Source: Octopus sinensis (Eukaryota). From it: a stretch of DNA of 64,000 nucleotides. Location: NCBI RefSeq assembly GCF_006345805.1, contig NC_042999.1:164858001-164922000 (forward strand), given 5' to 3'. Within the stretch, counting starts at the first letter, position 1; each line of letters starts with the position of its first letter. Positions 1-13,885 of the stretch are shown piece after piece. Both the position numbers and the translations under genes were made by a program. The notes beneath the pieces were generated by a model. That model was not told where the DNA came from and did not search any database. It saw only the letters and a list, made by a program, of their open reading frames with translations.

Positions 1-541
1 TCAAAAATACAAATTATCCGTTTTTACGATATCAATAATTTATTTCTTACGTTTACATTTTTTGATTTCTGTACCTTTTATTGGTGGATCCAGAATTCTT
101 TGCCGATGCATTCTAATGTTTACCGATGAAAAAATCTATACGATATAATCAAAGGTTATAATTGTTTTACAACGTATCCTACGGTTGCCAAGTCGTATCA
201 TATCTTACTGTTTGTTGCAATACCAATAATAGTACATATTTTGTTTATTTGTATTTTTTAATGTTCATATATGCACTTTTTGCCACTGAATTCAAAAATC
301 GCATTCATTTTGACGTAACACCGATAGTTATTTATTTATTCCTAATTTCATATTTGCTCGTTATATTTGTAACTTTTCTCTACAGCACTTTGTTGGTTCA
401 ATCTATTCTAGTATTGTAAGGATAATAACACAACATTTAGTACTTTTTCATATAGCGAAAGGTATGTAGGAAGTATAATATTAGTTAGAACAAAAAGAAA
501 CAATAAAATTCTGTACTGTAAATACCTGGATAACTCTTTTT

Positions 542-1718
542 TTAAGATGAGAAGTGCTTTGACAAGCCAAGCAAGAAGGCAAGCATCTTGAAATCACCAC
601 AAACATCCCACTTGAACTCAGTGTAATTTATTTTGTCGAGAAGTTCTTTGACATTGGAATGTGCAAGAGGCAAAGAAGGATATTTATTTCCATTGTGGAG
701 CAACACTGCTTTGAGACTTCGTGTTGAGCTACGTACAGTTGCCATTCTGTAGAATCATGCTTGAGTCCAATAACAGTAAACAAACCAATCACATCTTTAC
801 AATAATACAGATCATTAATATTTTCACAGTAGATTTCAAATTCTTCATGGCATTTCCAGTACAGAGATGTCTTTCAGTCTTCCCCCATTCCTTCAACCTT
901 GATGAAAGAAGTTCAGCTCCTGACTTAGTAAGACCCAGATCCCCGATTAAATCATCTAGCTCACTCTGATTTGGAAAATGAGTCTCTGAAGTCGTTCTTG
1001 GTACAAAAGCTTCCTCCATTTCTTGGCTGCTGCTACTTGTTGACTCTTCAGATGAAATATTTTCTGGTGGTAGTGATACTCATAAACTGTCATCATGTGG
1101 GACAGGTGCTCTAGATAATGGTATGTCTGGATACGGAAGACCTTGTCTTCCTTTCACTTTTCTGTACTTTGTCACATCGATCATATAAATGTAACAGTTA
1201 TCGTGATGGTTCTTTGGCTCTCTCCATACCCTTGGAATGGCAAAAGGCATTGACCTTCCTGTACCTCTTAACCATCCTTCAAGAGAAGATCGACAGTTTC
1301 TACATATCACATGTGGGGCCCATGGTTTGTCTTAGTCACCCATGGGTATTCTGAAATAGTCTGTACACTATCCACAATTTGGCACCTTTCACGATCTTAT
1401 GTAATACCTGCTTTTTTCCAATATAATAACCACACACATAGCAAAATGTATCTGGAGAATTTTTACATACTCTAGTAGCCATCCTGAAAGTAGCAGAACT
1501 TAGTAATTGGTCTGAAAGAGAAAATTAGACATACATTTAGTAGCGGGACATTATAACAATACCGAATGCACGATAATATTGAAAAGTCGACATATTTTCT
1601 TAACTGTTGATGATGCACAAAAAATAATTTTATTTTTGGAATCAGCAGAAAAAATGGATTGATAAACACAAAAAAAAAATACAATAAACAAAATTTTTTT
1701 GAAGACTGTTACGTTGTG
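542..1718 (-). mobile_element. Degenerate DNA transposon, probably Chapaev3 (CMC superfamily); frameshifted, internally deleted transposase
   Basis: Minus-strand fragments from ATG at 1482: MATRVCKNSPDTFCYVCG, then ICRNCRSSLEGW, SMPFAIPRVWREPKNHHDNCY, FPNQSELDDLIGDLGLTKSGAELLSSRLKEW and SSTRSLKAVLLHNGNKYPSLPLAH...WDVCGDFKMLAFLLGL. The terminus reads TTA|CAC on the minus strand (GTG|TAA at 1716-1721), matching the CAC end and TWA target of Chapaev3. Family assignment is from recalled motifs. Confidence 0.7.
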
Positions 1719-1824
1719 TAATTAGCTGGAGAAGTAGGACAGGGAGACATATAACCAGACCAACCAGAAGTCTTTGCTGCTGAATGGGGAAAGTGGAATC
1801 AATATATGTTCAAACGCAGTCCTA

Positions 1825-1968
1825 AGTTTAAATTCTGCCAAGGTCGACTTTGCCTTTCATCCCTTCGGGGACGATAAAATAAGTACTAGTTGAGAACTGG
1901 GGTCGATGTAATTTACTTAACCCCTTTCCCACAACTGCTGGCCTTGTGTCAAAGTTTGAAACCAATAT
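1825..1968 (+). mobile_element. SINE family B, 5'-truncated
   Basis: Core gtcgactttgcctttcatcccttcggggacgataaaataagtac...ggggtcgatgtaat, shared with the copies at 13435-13885, 25672 and 51390. Confidence 0.8.
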
Positions 1969-2343
1969 ATGTTCAAACACCATCTTCCATAGAGTAATCT
2001 GAACAATTGTAAAGTATGCTGAATAAAATGTGGTTCACATGTTAGTAAAAGGCATGTATAAAAGGGAAGGAAAACATTGACAAGTGAATTTAATTTTAAT
2101 TTTTGTCATCTAAAAAATGTCGAAGTGGTGACAGTGCAATAACTGCAGATAAAACTTTGTTCGAAGGCTGACGACAGTGTGAACTCTGCTAGATGCACCC
2201 ACGAGCCAGGAAATGAGTATATCCCTCAAATAAAAGTGAAAGAACCTTCGACACAAGTAATATACAAGATGGCCAATATGGCCGAAAATTGAGCCATATA
2301 AAACTTTTAGTGAACCACGGAGACATTTATATATTTAGGAAAA

Positions 2344-2447
2344 TGTATGTATGTATGTATGTATGTATGTATGTATGTATGTATGTATGTATGTATGTAT
2401 GTATGTATGTATGTGTGTATGTATGTATGTGTGTATGTATGTATGTA
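2344..2447. repeat. (TATG)n microsatellite
   Basis: Direct inspection. Confidence 0.98.
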
Positions 2448-3603
2448 TAGAAGTAATCCACTCCATACACATTAAGACCCGCAAGATTTTAACATCAACT
2501 AGAAATCTCCACAAGAATAGTGCTATCGACAGACTCTACTCAAGAAGAGATAAAGGAGGTAGGCGTTTGAAATCAGTATAGGCAACCTTTGAATGTTGTA
2601 GTCTCTCTCAGATAGCACTTTCTATCTGAGAGATATCAGCAAAACAAAAAAACATGAACTTAGTGCTGAAAAGTGAAGAAAACAATAGCCTACGTGTTGG
2701 AGGTGAGTTCCTCAGGAATTACTCTCTCCCCATACAATCCCAAATCAGTCGAAAATCAAAGAAATCCTGGACGTTAGTAACATTGACATGAAGCGAAACC
2801 TCTCTTGGACTCGTGACCACTACATCACATTTCGAAGGCTAGGCATTTGCAATCTAAGAGCAGGAGATTGCTACTAAATATCAAATTAACAAAAGAGACA
2901 GTGAAGCCCTTGGAGTTCAAAGATGCAACCGTAAATGTAGATTATGTCATATTTCTGATGAAGTTATCACATATGAGATTAACAGCTGTCTAAACAGGTC
3001 ATTAAGATACTACACCCCTATGCGATTTAATGTTGTCGAAGAAACAATGTACAATGCCATTCTGATGAAAGGATGTACTGGAATAAATATAGATAAAGCC
3101 CTTGTTATTGAATACATACACAAATACATGGAACATTCCCATCAAAACATCTGTTAAGTGTAACCATAACAATCTGAATATTGTTGTTTGGGACAGACAA
3201 GTAAAGGTATGTGCTGTCATAGAGGTCAATTGCCTTGCTGATGTGAATATCTGTTTGAAAATCAAAGAGAAAGAGGATAACTATGGATAGCTGCTTCGAA
3301 ACCTTCTGCTTCTATGTCAGGGTTGCAAATTTACATCTATACCAATAATAATTGGAGCACTTGGTTTTGTAAGTGCCTAAATGTCAGTCTGGATAAGCTT
3401 GGATTTTCAGGGAAAAAAATCAACCAACTGATTTGCTTATTAGAAATACAATCTGTAAGCGGAACAGTAAAACTACGCAAGACTTTTCTCAGGTATAAAA
3501 TGCGACATTGTTTTCGTTATTCCAAAGATGGAGCTTTGTATCTTAGTTAGAAACCAGCTCCTTCTTCAGAGGAAGAATTTAAATCATTAAAAATAGAAGC
3601 CGT
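2448..3603 (+). mobile_element. R4/Dong-like non-LTR retrotransposon relic (post-RT region plus RLE endonuclease) with (CATA)n tail
   Basis: IKTRKILTSTRNLHKNSAIDRLYSRRDKGGRRLK (R4-type DRLY..R..GGRGL motif) and WNIPIKTSVKCNHNNLNIVVWDR...VIEVNCLADVNICLKIKEKEDNYG (degenerate PD..E..K RLE); many stops. Confidence 0.75.
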
Positions 3604-4434
3604 ATACATATACATACATACATACATACATACATACATACATGTTTGTGTATGTTCATTGAAAAGAGATCGATATAATCAATGCATGTCCTATGAATGA
3701 AGCTAGTAAAAGAATAAACAGCATACGAATAAATACTCTTAACTATATTTAAACATTTAAAATCTTATTGATAATATTTAAATGAAAATTAATTACTTTT
3801 TTTCCACTCTGTTTTATTTATTTATTCATTTATTTATTATTGGTTTCCTAAGAAGTAAAGTATTTAATAATACATTTTCTAATGCGCTATTTGATTCAAA
3901 TCACACCTGGGTGTGATTTCAGGGATATTTAGCTACTCTTTCTAGCATAATAAGCGATCACATCGGAACTGTTAGGTTTTGCTTCTGGTTGATGTTTTAA
4001 TGCGAATATTTCATGTTGAAACGTACTATTTTGCTCATAAATATTTACAGAAGTCAGAACGTAAATCCTTCAAGGAAATATGTTAAACATCCAGGTCCGC
4101 CGGTTCAATCCAAAGCAAAGAATATATATCTAAATCGATATATTCAGTATTGGTACAATAAATAAAGTATAATAAGGAAGGGAAAAATATAAGTGTAGAC
4201 GTTACATCATTCCAAGTTGGTACATATATTCAATAAAAACTCTACAAGTTGTTTCTGAGCATAGTTAATTCAAAAGAAAACGAAATATAATCCTTTCGAA
4301 ATCACAATGGAATGAATGGTTTCTACGAACAAAAATATAAAGACATTTACATTAGCCCAGAATGGAGCAAATATATAAATGTACTAACTTGGAATAAAGT
4401 AACGTCTACACTTCTATTTTACCTTTTCCTATAC

Positions 4435-4437
<3 letters not shown>

Positions 4438-4522
<85 letters not shown>
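4438..4522. repeat. (CA)n/(TA)n microsatellite
   Basis: Direct inspection. Confidence 0.98.
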
Positions 4523-4523
<1 letters not shown>

Positions 4524-4726
4524 GCAAAAATATATCTATATAAAATAAAGGAAGGAAAAAGCACAGTTTACATAGTTTTAATATGTTTTCCGTACAAGAA
4601 CGCTTAAATAATGAAATTACAATAATTTCAATGTCACGATTAGCGAAAGCGAAACCGGTCGGCAACCACATTATTTCATTTAAAATATATTAAACCTCTG
4701 TAAACTGTGTGCATTTTTCTTCTTTT

Positions 4727-4768
<42 letters not shown>

Positions 4769-4770
4769 TG

Positions 4771-4815
<45 letters not shown>

Positions 4816-4952
4816 GTTACAACAAAAGATTGAAACCTCGATATTATGTAGAGGATTATTTATATATGTTTAGTTAGGACAATCAGTAAGTTGTCATTAT
4901 ACTACTCGGAGTACTTTTATGATAACTCACTGATTGTCCTAACACACACACA

Positions 4953-5022
<70 letters not shown>

Positions 5023-5113
5023 AGACAAATAGTACGTTTCAACATGAACTTTTATTTTATATGCCTGCTTTTTGCATTAAAACTCACCGTGTGGAGATAA
5101 TCGAAATTTTATG

Positions 5114-5153
<40 letters not shown>

Positions 5154-5477
5154 CGTTTGTTTTTTATGTCCAGTTACAATAAAACCAATAATTTTATATT
5201 AATCTGAAAGATCAGTCTCTGCTTTTGTGGAGCACATTTATTATTCTTATACACGAATACCGTCGGCAGTGACTTGTTATTTTCGGTCAGTCGACCGACG
5301 ATGGCTTAGGTGGCCGAACTGCGAAGTCACTCTCAACATTCTTTTATAAGAATAATATTTAACACACATTCTGGTTCAATTCCACTCACCTTATTAATTG
5401 TTAGTTGGTTAAACATCCAACTAGTATCAGTTGTAAGTTGGATATTAAACCAATTGACTAATAATAAAGGAGTGGAA

Positions 5478-5880
5478 GTGGCAGGAGTGGCTGTTTGGTA
5501 AGTAGCTTGCTAACCAACCACATGGTTCCGGGTTCAGTCCCACTGCGTGGCATCTTGGGCACGTGTCTTCTGCTATAGCCCCGGGCCGACCAATGCCTTG
5601 TGAGTGGATTTGGTAGACGGAAACTGAAAGAAGCCTGTCGTATATATGTATATATATATATAAGTGTGTGTGAATATGTTTGTGTGTCTGTGTTTGTTAC
5701 CCTAGCATTGCTTGACAACCGATGCTGGTGTGTTTACGTCCCCGTAACTTAGCGGTTCGGCAAAAGAGACCGATAGAATAAGTACTGGGCTTACAAAGAA
5801 TAAGACCCGGGGTCGATTTGCTCGACTAAAGGCGGTGCTCCAGCATGGCCGCAGTCAAATGACTGAAACAAGTAAAGAGA
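5478..5880 (+). mobile_element. SINE family A (tRNA-derived, octopus OK/OR-type), full length
   Basis: A-box-like tggctgtttggt, B-box-like gggttcagtccc, internal (TA)/(TG) tract, 3' end ggcggtgctccagcatggccgcagtcaaatgactgaaacaagtaaaga; more than 10 copies in the window. Confidence 0.9.
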
Positions 5881-5993
5881 GAGAGTAATGCGGGTGTTAT
5901 TCATATTGTTGTAATGACTCTCTCTGGACACAATAAAATTTGTTTCAACATTCGAATTCACAAAAAGTATCTTGCAAACTAGATACAAAAAGG

Positions 5994-6056
<63 letters not shown>

Positions 6057-6499
6057 AAAGTAGGATTTGGATATTTCTTTCGTCGCTTTCAGGGATTACT
6101 AATAGAAAATTCATACCTTTTTATATATGTTTGAGTTACTTGATTCTGTTGAATTTGGTGGTTTTTTTTTCCAACTAATTCATATATAAAAGGCTTGAAT
6201 TTTCTATAAGAAATAATGCTTGTTGAATCCTTGAAAGGGACGACAGCGCTAAATATTTTTTTATTCAAATCCTGACAGTCTTATTTTTCTTAATATATAT
6301 AAAATTTGTACACTACTTCAAGCAATCGACGCGCGCGCGCGCACAAATAGAGAAAGTTTGAGAGAATATTTCGCGCAGAAGGCATTCAATAATGTTTTAG
6401 CAACAAAGTCACAGCGGATAGGTATGTAGGTAAAGTAGTACCATAAACACATGTTTGAACAGCTGCTGATCACATATGTAATTTTCCACAGATATGCAA

Positions 6500-6900
6500 A
6501 ATAATGGATATTATTGATTATATCTTTTGCTTTACTCTCTGTTATTTTTTCAGCAAGTATGTCTAGTAATCCCTCGCTCTTGGATTTCAAAGTCATAACC
6601 TTCAAAATGTGACGAGCTGTTACGGTCGCTGTTCCAATAGATGTGTTTCCTGCAAACATTAGGATCATTTTTAAAGCTTCGCGAGACATACCCATGTATA
6701 TATTTATGTTAGGTATGCAGAGTTTTTTTTTTCTCCCATGGTCTTGTTGAATTGCAGAGGATATCATAAAAAACCGAGTACTTTACAACCAACACGCAAG
6801 ATCTACTCTCTTTGCATTTGAGCACTTATTATTTATCAGATGTTGAATGACACCACACAATATGTAAAAACTCTTTGAACTAAACTTAACTCTCTTCTCC
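6500..6900 (-). pseudogene. Possible highly degenerate hAT transposase C-terminal relic
   Basis: REALKMILMFAGNTS...ILK...KSKS weakly resembles the ZBED/GTF2IRD2-type dimerization region. Confidence 0.25.
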
Positions 6901-7276
6901 CATTTTCTCTTGAGATGGAATCAGCTGATTCTATTTGATGTTAAGAGCTTGTGGTTTAGAATAACAAAGGGAAGAAATATCTCAAATATCACAATCAGTA
7001 TTGATACTGCAAATACATAGTGGAATATTATGTTGAGAATCATTTTGGCACAATACTCGTTTTATCATACGGTCATTGCTCAGAGACCCTTTATATGACA
7101 TATTTTAATACCTAGGAATTTATAGCATGCATTTTATGGATCATTGTATAGGTTTCTGATTTGGTAAGCATTGCTCCGACCATGTTAACCTATCAAAGAT
7201 CTCTATTTTCTCCAGCCTTCGTCGCTCTTGCTACTCCAATACTATTCACTCCGTTTACTTCCTTTCTTTACTTTCC

Positions 7277-7313
<37 letters not shown>

Positions 7314-8899
7314 TAATTTTCCATTATCTCCTTACTCGTCTCTTTTCCCCTTTATCCCAATCTTAATATTTTATCTTCTTAACCGCTGGTATATCCTCTT
7401 CTCTTGCGGTTCGCCTTCCAGTCTTCTCAAATCTCTCTCTCTTTTCATTACTATTTCTCATTGTTCTTTTCTGTCTCTTTTTCTCTTTAAATCTTTTTAC
7501 TTCTCACCTACCACGCGCTCTCCCTCTCTTCTATTCTTTCCCTTTCTTTTATCTCACTCTTTCTCCTTCTTATACTGTCTCTCTAACAACCAGTTTTTCA
7601 CCCCTCCGCCTCTATTTTCCTCCCTCTCTCTTCTACTTTGCAGTTGCTCTCACTTGATGATATTCAATTTTTTCTTATTTTTCTACCTCTCACTGCTTTG
7701 TCAAATACGTCAGTGTACACTACTTCACCTTCGGGTTTCGAACATCTCTTACTACCCGTCATTAATACTCTATAATATTTATTAGTTTTTAATAAAACTA
7801 TAAGCTACTATCGCACCAACCTTTTTACATTCTTCTCCATTTCTTCCAACAACAATGTCATGGATGGCATGCCTTTAAATATTAATCTTTTTGATCATGC
7901 CTAACCTGGGGGAAAATAATAACACACGAGTTTACAGATTAGCTTCAAGTTATACCTTTGGCCAGCTAAAAGCAGCCGCAAAATTTCTCATCCTTGTGAA
8001 TGTATATTCAACACCCTCTCGGTTGCATCTAGCTAGTTGTAAACCGTTCCCATATGCAACTTTTTGTTGCATATGCTGATCCGCATTACAGTTTACAAGG
8101 AATGTCGTTTTTATAAGAAAAATTCTTATCTAAAAAATAGCAGGTGCAAGGGAGAAGAGGAGAGAAAAGGTGTTCCTTCTCACGTGCCCATACGCATCGT
8201 ATGAACAACCAAGGAATCCGCGTCGAAGTCAACTTTAAACTTGATGGAAGTGCTCTTTTTAAAAACCTTTCTTTCAGACAGACATGGATTGGCAAAGGAT
8301 TATCGCTGGATTATTTTCTTATTTTTCTACATCTATTTAAATATACAATGCTGCTTATTTATTACCATTGTCTCTTTCTATCCTTCCATCTTCAGCTGTT
8401 TCTTTCGTTTACATTATTAACTTCAAATTTTATATTTTCATATCTATCTTCAGTCAAGTAAAACACTCGGTGCTCTCATTCGAAAATCATTTGCTTCTTC
8501 TTTAACCTTGAGACTGCATTTCTATTTAAAATCTCTTTTCTCTATATTCTCCTGAGCTTCCATTTTCTGTCTCCATTGAAAATGATGCGGAGAACTGTCC
8601 ACATTTACAGCGTTCTCTGCTGTCGTGCTCCCACTTACTCCGAAGTGATGGAAACAGACAAGCATTGGTAACAAAACTTCTGACTAATACTGTCAGAAGT
8701 GCAGTTCTCACAAACTTAAGTTATAGTAAATATGAGACTGGCCTTGAAGATAATGCTATAAAACAGGATGCGAGTAGACAACTAGAAAAGCCTTGAATAA
8801 ATGTTGACAGGTTGCACGTAGAAATCCACAACAGAGCTCGGCCAAGTAGAAATCTCAAAAGAGAAGCTAAACTTTGGCCTCTGGGTGTCTTCAAATTCA

Positions 8900-9640
8900 T
8901 TCCTGGACATAAAAAAAATGCTGTGCGAAATGAGAAACAAGTGTTACCTGCAATTTTCTGTTGCGACGGAAAAGTTAATCTGCCAGGTTTATAAACTTAC
9001 CAAAGTCGCCAAGGCAACTTATTACCAAAACTGAGATATCTAGACTTTTTCAAGAACATCAAAAATACAACTCTGCTTTCCAAACGGTAATTTCTGAACC
9101 AATATAATCAAAGAGAAGGGATTCGTGCCAACCTTTAAAAAGGTATCAAACTATTGGTTAAGAGGTCTTTTGTCATCAAAGTTACTATTCTCAGTGAGTG
9201 AGACAAGGGAGAAAATGCAATTATACATGGATTCCACACAAACCATAAAATGTGAACGTTTGAAGATTTCAATGTATGTGTATGTATATGTTTGTGTGTC
9301 TGTGTTTGTCCCCCTAGCATTGGTTGACAACCGATGCTGGTTTGTTTATGTCCCCGTCACTTAGCGGTTCGGCAAAACAGACCGATAGAATAAGTACTGG
9401 GCTTACAAAGAATAAGTCCCGGGGTCGATTTGCTCGACTAAAGGCGGTGCTCCAGCATGGCTGCAGTCAAATGACTGAAACAAATAAAAGAGTAAAAGAG
9501 TAATACGTCTAAGCTTTGACACATTCATCAGTAAATCTTAAGAACAAGAATTATGAGTTACTGGACCGCAACTTCAGTAATCTTGCTTTGGACAATTTTA
9601 TGCCAAATATTCAAGAATTGGAAGCTCACTCCACAAAAGA
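8900..9640 (+). pseudogene. Possible degenerate hAT (GTF2IRD2/Charlie-like) relic interrupted by a SINE A 3' half
   Basis: Weak similarity of 9530-9630 (...DRNFSNLALDN / FMPNIQEL-like segments) to the hAT C-terminus. Confidence 0.25.
9274..9500 (+). mobile_element. SINE family A, 3' half
   Basis: Near-identical to 5680-5880. Confidence 0.9.
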
Positions 9641-9976
9641 ATCTCATAATTTGAACCCCTACTCATAAAACCAAAATAATCGTCTCTTCTGAGATATTGT
9701 CAAGACAGTGTTTTGAATTTTTAAGGTTGTCTTAGGTACGCATATAATATATACGAGCTGGAGCTCATCGCAACGTTAATTCAACGGAGTAAAAATGATG
9801 TTAAATCAATCATGTTTCATGAAACTTCATATAATTTCTTTATTGTTGCGGACATTGCTCTTGACCAGTTCTAATATTTCGATGTCTGAGTTTCGTCGCA
9901 GAATTTGGGATTCGATATGTTTTAAGCGTAGTTTTATTTCCAGTAATTTTTAAAATTATTTTAGGAGAGGCTTTAT

Positions 9977-10122
9977 AGCCGTGGGCGTGGCTGTGTGGTA
10001 AGAAGCTTACTTCTCAACCACATAGTTCCGGGTCCAGTCTCACTGCGTGGCACCTTGGGAAAGTGTCTTCTACTATAGCCTCGGGCTATGGTAGACGGAA
10101 ACTGACAGGAGCCTGTCGTATA
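9977..10122 (+). mobile_element. SINE family A, 5' half; a degenerate 3' half lies at ~10760-10925, separated by a ~600-bp insert
   Basis: gtggctgtgtggtaagaagcttacttctcaaccacatagttccgggtccagtc...gcctgtcgtata. Confidence 0.85.
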
Positions 10123-10734
10123 TATGTATATTCTCTTCATGCTCACTGTCCTGCCTCTTTTCACTTCACTGTGTCCTTGTCATTTTTTCGCCCCTCCTTA
10201 TTTCTTCTGTCACTCTGCCTCTACCTCTTTCTCTTCTCTCCTCTTCGGTCAAGCCTGACCTTTCATTCTTGGTTCGGCCGTTGTCCGTGCAACATCTATA
10301 TTCTTCCCTGTTCCTGTGAAACCTTGTATCCCTACCGTAAGGCTTTACTTCCACACACGCCAGCTTAATTTAATTCGTCTTGAGTCGAAAGACACCTGTT
10401 GTTATGTCCCGATATTTGTATTCATGTAACTTTCTCCGTTATTTCCATCCTTGTTTTTTTATACATTCGCTGCTTTCTTCCAAGGAATCTAATGCCCTTA
10501 GCTTAGTTTTTTCTTGGTGCTGCCCAGATTAGAGCAATATCGAGTATAACCAGCCGAAATTGCAAAGATAATCTGGAACTCGACTAAGGAAAAAAACTCC
10601 GAATGACCCGTCCTTGTTTTCTTTGTATCGTCTGTCTGGATGTTTTGTTGTCCCTTTCTTGTATCACCTAGCTGTCTGGATGTTTTGCGTTCTTGTCTCA
10701 TTTTGTATTTTTATATTCATATTTTTTTATATAA

Positions 10735-10770
<36 letters not shown>

Positions 10771-11309
10771 CAGCTGGTGTTAGTGTGTTTACACCCTCGT
10801 AAGTTAGCGGTCCTGCAAAAACAATCGATAGAATAAATACCAAGCTTAAACAGACTAAAAATTGTTCGAGGAAATACCTCAGCATGACCACAGCCTGAAA
10901 CAATGACTGAAAGAAGTAAAAAATAAAGATGAAGATGAAGTAAAGAATACGAATAATAACAGATTACAAATGAAATATTAGGTTCAATTATATTTTCAAT
11001 AAAATTAACTTGTTTCGCTTTCATTCAATTCTGTATTTTATAACTATATATCACTTGCACTATTAAATTACGAACACGATTAAATCATAACGTACACATG
11101 TCTATAGCAGAGTGCTGTGGGTTACGGAGGACTATAAATGTCTTAAGAACCTTTCCATTACTAGAATGAGGAATCTCTTTCCATGAATAATCTAACAGTG
11201 ATCCTCCAAACACAATATCCATGCATTAAGAACAATTCTTAATCATTTAAAGCTACATTAAAATGTAGCTTGGACAACGCCGGAACTCTAGTATTCGATT
11301 AGTATATAT

Positions 11310-11860
11310 GAATGTGTATGTATGTATGTATGTATGTATGTATGTATGTATGTATGTATGTATGTATGTATGTATGTATGTATGTATGCATGTATGTATG
11401 TATATATGCATGTATGTATGTATGTATGCATGTATGTATGTATGTATGTATGTATGTATGTATATGTGTATGTATGTATGTATGTTTGTATGTATGTATG
11501 CATGCATGTATGTATGTATGTATGTATGTATGTATGTATGTATGCATGTATGTATGTATGTATGTATGTATGTATTTATGTATGTATGTATTTATGTATG
11601 TATTTATGTATGTATGTATTTATGTATGTATGTATGTATGTATGTATTTATGTATGTATGTATGTATGTATGTATTTATGTATGTATGTATTTATGTATG
11701 TATGTATGTATGTATGCATGTATGTATGTATGTATGTATGTATGTATGTATGTATGTATTTATGTATTTATGCTTATATGTATGTATGTATGTATGTATT
11801 TATGCTTGTATGTATGTATTTATGTATGTATGTATGTATATTTGTGTGTGTGTGTGTGTG
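11310..11860. repeat. Long imperfect (ATGT)n microsatellite, ~550 bp
   Basis: Direct inspection; the MYVC/HTYI ORFs here are artefacts. Confidence 0.98.
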
Positions 11861-12282
11861 GAGGGAGAGAGGAAGGGAGCATTTTGTTATTTCCTCTTCC
11901 GTCACTTACACAATGGAGTAGGTTTTTGAGTGTTTATTCATATAAAGACTTATTGCAATTTATATATTTGTTGTAATAATTACCATTAGAGCATGTGTTG
12001 TATTTTAAATTTATAATAATTGGTTATTATTCGAGCAGCGAAGAAAGGCATTTTGTGTGTCGTTAGACTTATGTAAACGCAGGTGTATTTGAACAGACTT
12101 TACATCGAATGACATATTGTCTATATAGTTTTGGAAAAGAACATTTAAAATCTAAGTGTGAGTATATGTATGTGTGAGCATGTGTATGTGTGTGTGTATA
12201 TGCACATATAAATGTATATGTGTGTGTATATAAATATGTATGTATACGCATGTATATATATGTAATTATACATATGTATATG

Positions 12283-12320
<38 letters not shown>

Positions 12321-12559
12321 CGCATACACATGCACACATACACACATATGCATACACACATGTGTGTTAGGTGGGAAAAATTACTCTGACGTCATTATCT
12401 TAATACAGTGACTGTTAATCATTGACAATACTAAAATGGCTGTTAGTGATAAGTCTGTGTAATGTTTCAGTAGAAAATGTCGCTTGTGGCCGAGATTAAA
12501 TTAATTCGTAGTCTTCGTTCAATTTTTTTTTTTGTGTAGTCTGTAAGTGTGGATAACTC

Positions 12560-13270
12560 CTCAAGAATACATAAATGATAGTAAATATCTGATTGTTGAT
12601 ATAATTTAGTAAAATCTGCCGTGGAATAGTGTGGAGTACCACAGGATACCATGGGATAAATTCAGTCTTCAGATTCCATGCGTGGCAGCCGAGCGCACTA
12701 AGATATTTCCTACAGGTATTATGGAGAGTACTGAATTATGTATCTGGCTAAAACGGCCAGTCGATGGATTAGTTACACACCTGAAAATGTCAGTGCATTG
12801 TAGGATTCATCGAAAACATTTAGTTGCAAAAAACTATTAGTGATCGCTTGTATTGATTATTGTAATACATCATCACAGCAATTTCAGAAATAATTCTCTC
12901 ATGGCATATTGTTCGAACAGTTGGACCGAACAAAACAATGAAAACTTTAATCACTTGTTATTTCCCACTGAATTTCCCTGGTCGTTAAAATCCTCTTGTC
13001 TCACCCCCCACCTTTTTAAAACCATTTTTGAGAAAGCTTGAGAATTCTTTGAAAGTAAAGATGTTTTTCGCATGAGACAGCTTGAATAAGTTTCAAAGTG
13101 ACAAAGCTTCCAGGTTACATTTATATTTCAAATTTAAATGAATTAATTTGTTGCTGCAAAGAGATGAACTGCATTTCATTCAAACAAGGGCCTCAAACAT
13201 TTGTTTCAAACAGAACATGTGACATGGAGTACTTTTCAAGTTTCAGAGTCTTTCTGCACTCGAGGGAAAA
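12560..13270 (+). pseudogene. hAT transposase relic (SCAND3/ZBED-like)
   Basis: VHCRIHRKHLVAKN (hAT CxxH motif; consensus VHCVIHRQHLVAKN) followed by EQNNENFNHLLFPTEFPWSLKSSCLT (cf. LLLHTEVRWLSKG.CL). Confidence 0.75.
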
Positions 13271-13299
13271 TGCATGATTACATTCGAATATACTGCTAT

Positions 13300-13885
13300 C
13301 GATCTCTTTCGAGATCGATGAAATGAAGTATCAGTCATATACATCAGACTCGATGTTACCAACTAATCCCTTTCACCAAAATTGCTGGCTTTGTGCTTAA
13401 ATTAGAATTATCATCATTGATTATGACTGTTGCTAAGGCGACGAGCTGGCGGAATGGTTAACATGTCGCGCAAAACGATTAGAGGCATTTCGTCAGGCTT
13501 TACATTCTGAGTGCAAATTCCACTGAGGTCGATTATGCTTTTCATTCTTTCGGAGTCGATAAGTAGTCGTTGATCACTGGGGTTGATGTAATCGAATTAT
13601 GCCCTTCTCAGAAATTGCTGGCCTTCTATCAAAGTTTGAAACCAACATTATTGTTGTTAAGGCGGTGAGTTACCAGAATCGTTAGCACTCCAGGCAAAAT
13701 GCTTAGCAGCATTTCGTCCGTCTTTACGTTCTGAGTTCAAATTCCATCGATGTCGACTTTACCTTTCATCCTTTCGGGGTCGATAAATTAAGTACCAGTG
13801 TAACATTGGGGGTCGATGTAATCGAATAGTCCCCTCTCGTCAAATTTCAGGCCTTGTACCTATAGTAGAAAGGATTATTATTATT
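13300..13885 (+). mobile_element. Three head-to-tail SINE family B copies (partial ~13300-13410; 13435-13647; 13660-13885)
   Basis: Head aaggcggtgagttaccagaatcgttagc, B-box-like gagttcaaattcc, core gtcgactttacctttcatcctttcggggtcgataa, (TTA) tail. Confidence 0.85.

Noticed and set aside
7228-7785. 185-aa hydrophobic ORF (similar ones at 32128, 32839 and 54896)
   Set aside because: Pyrimidine-rich low-complexity DNA yields Leu/Phe/Ser runs; no domain signal.
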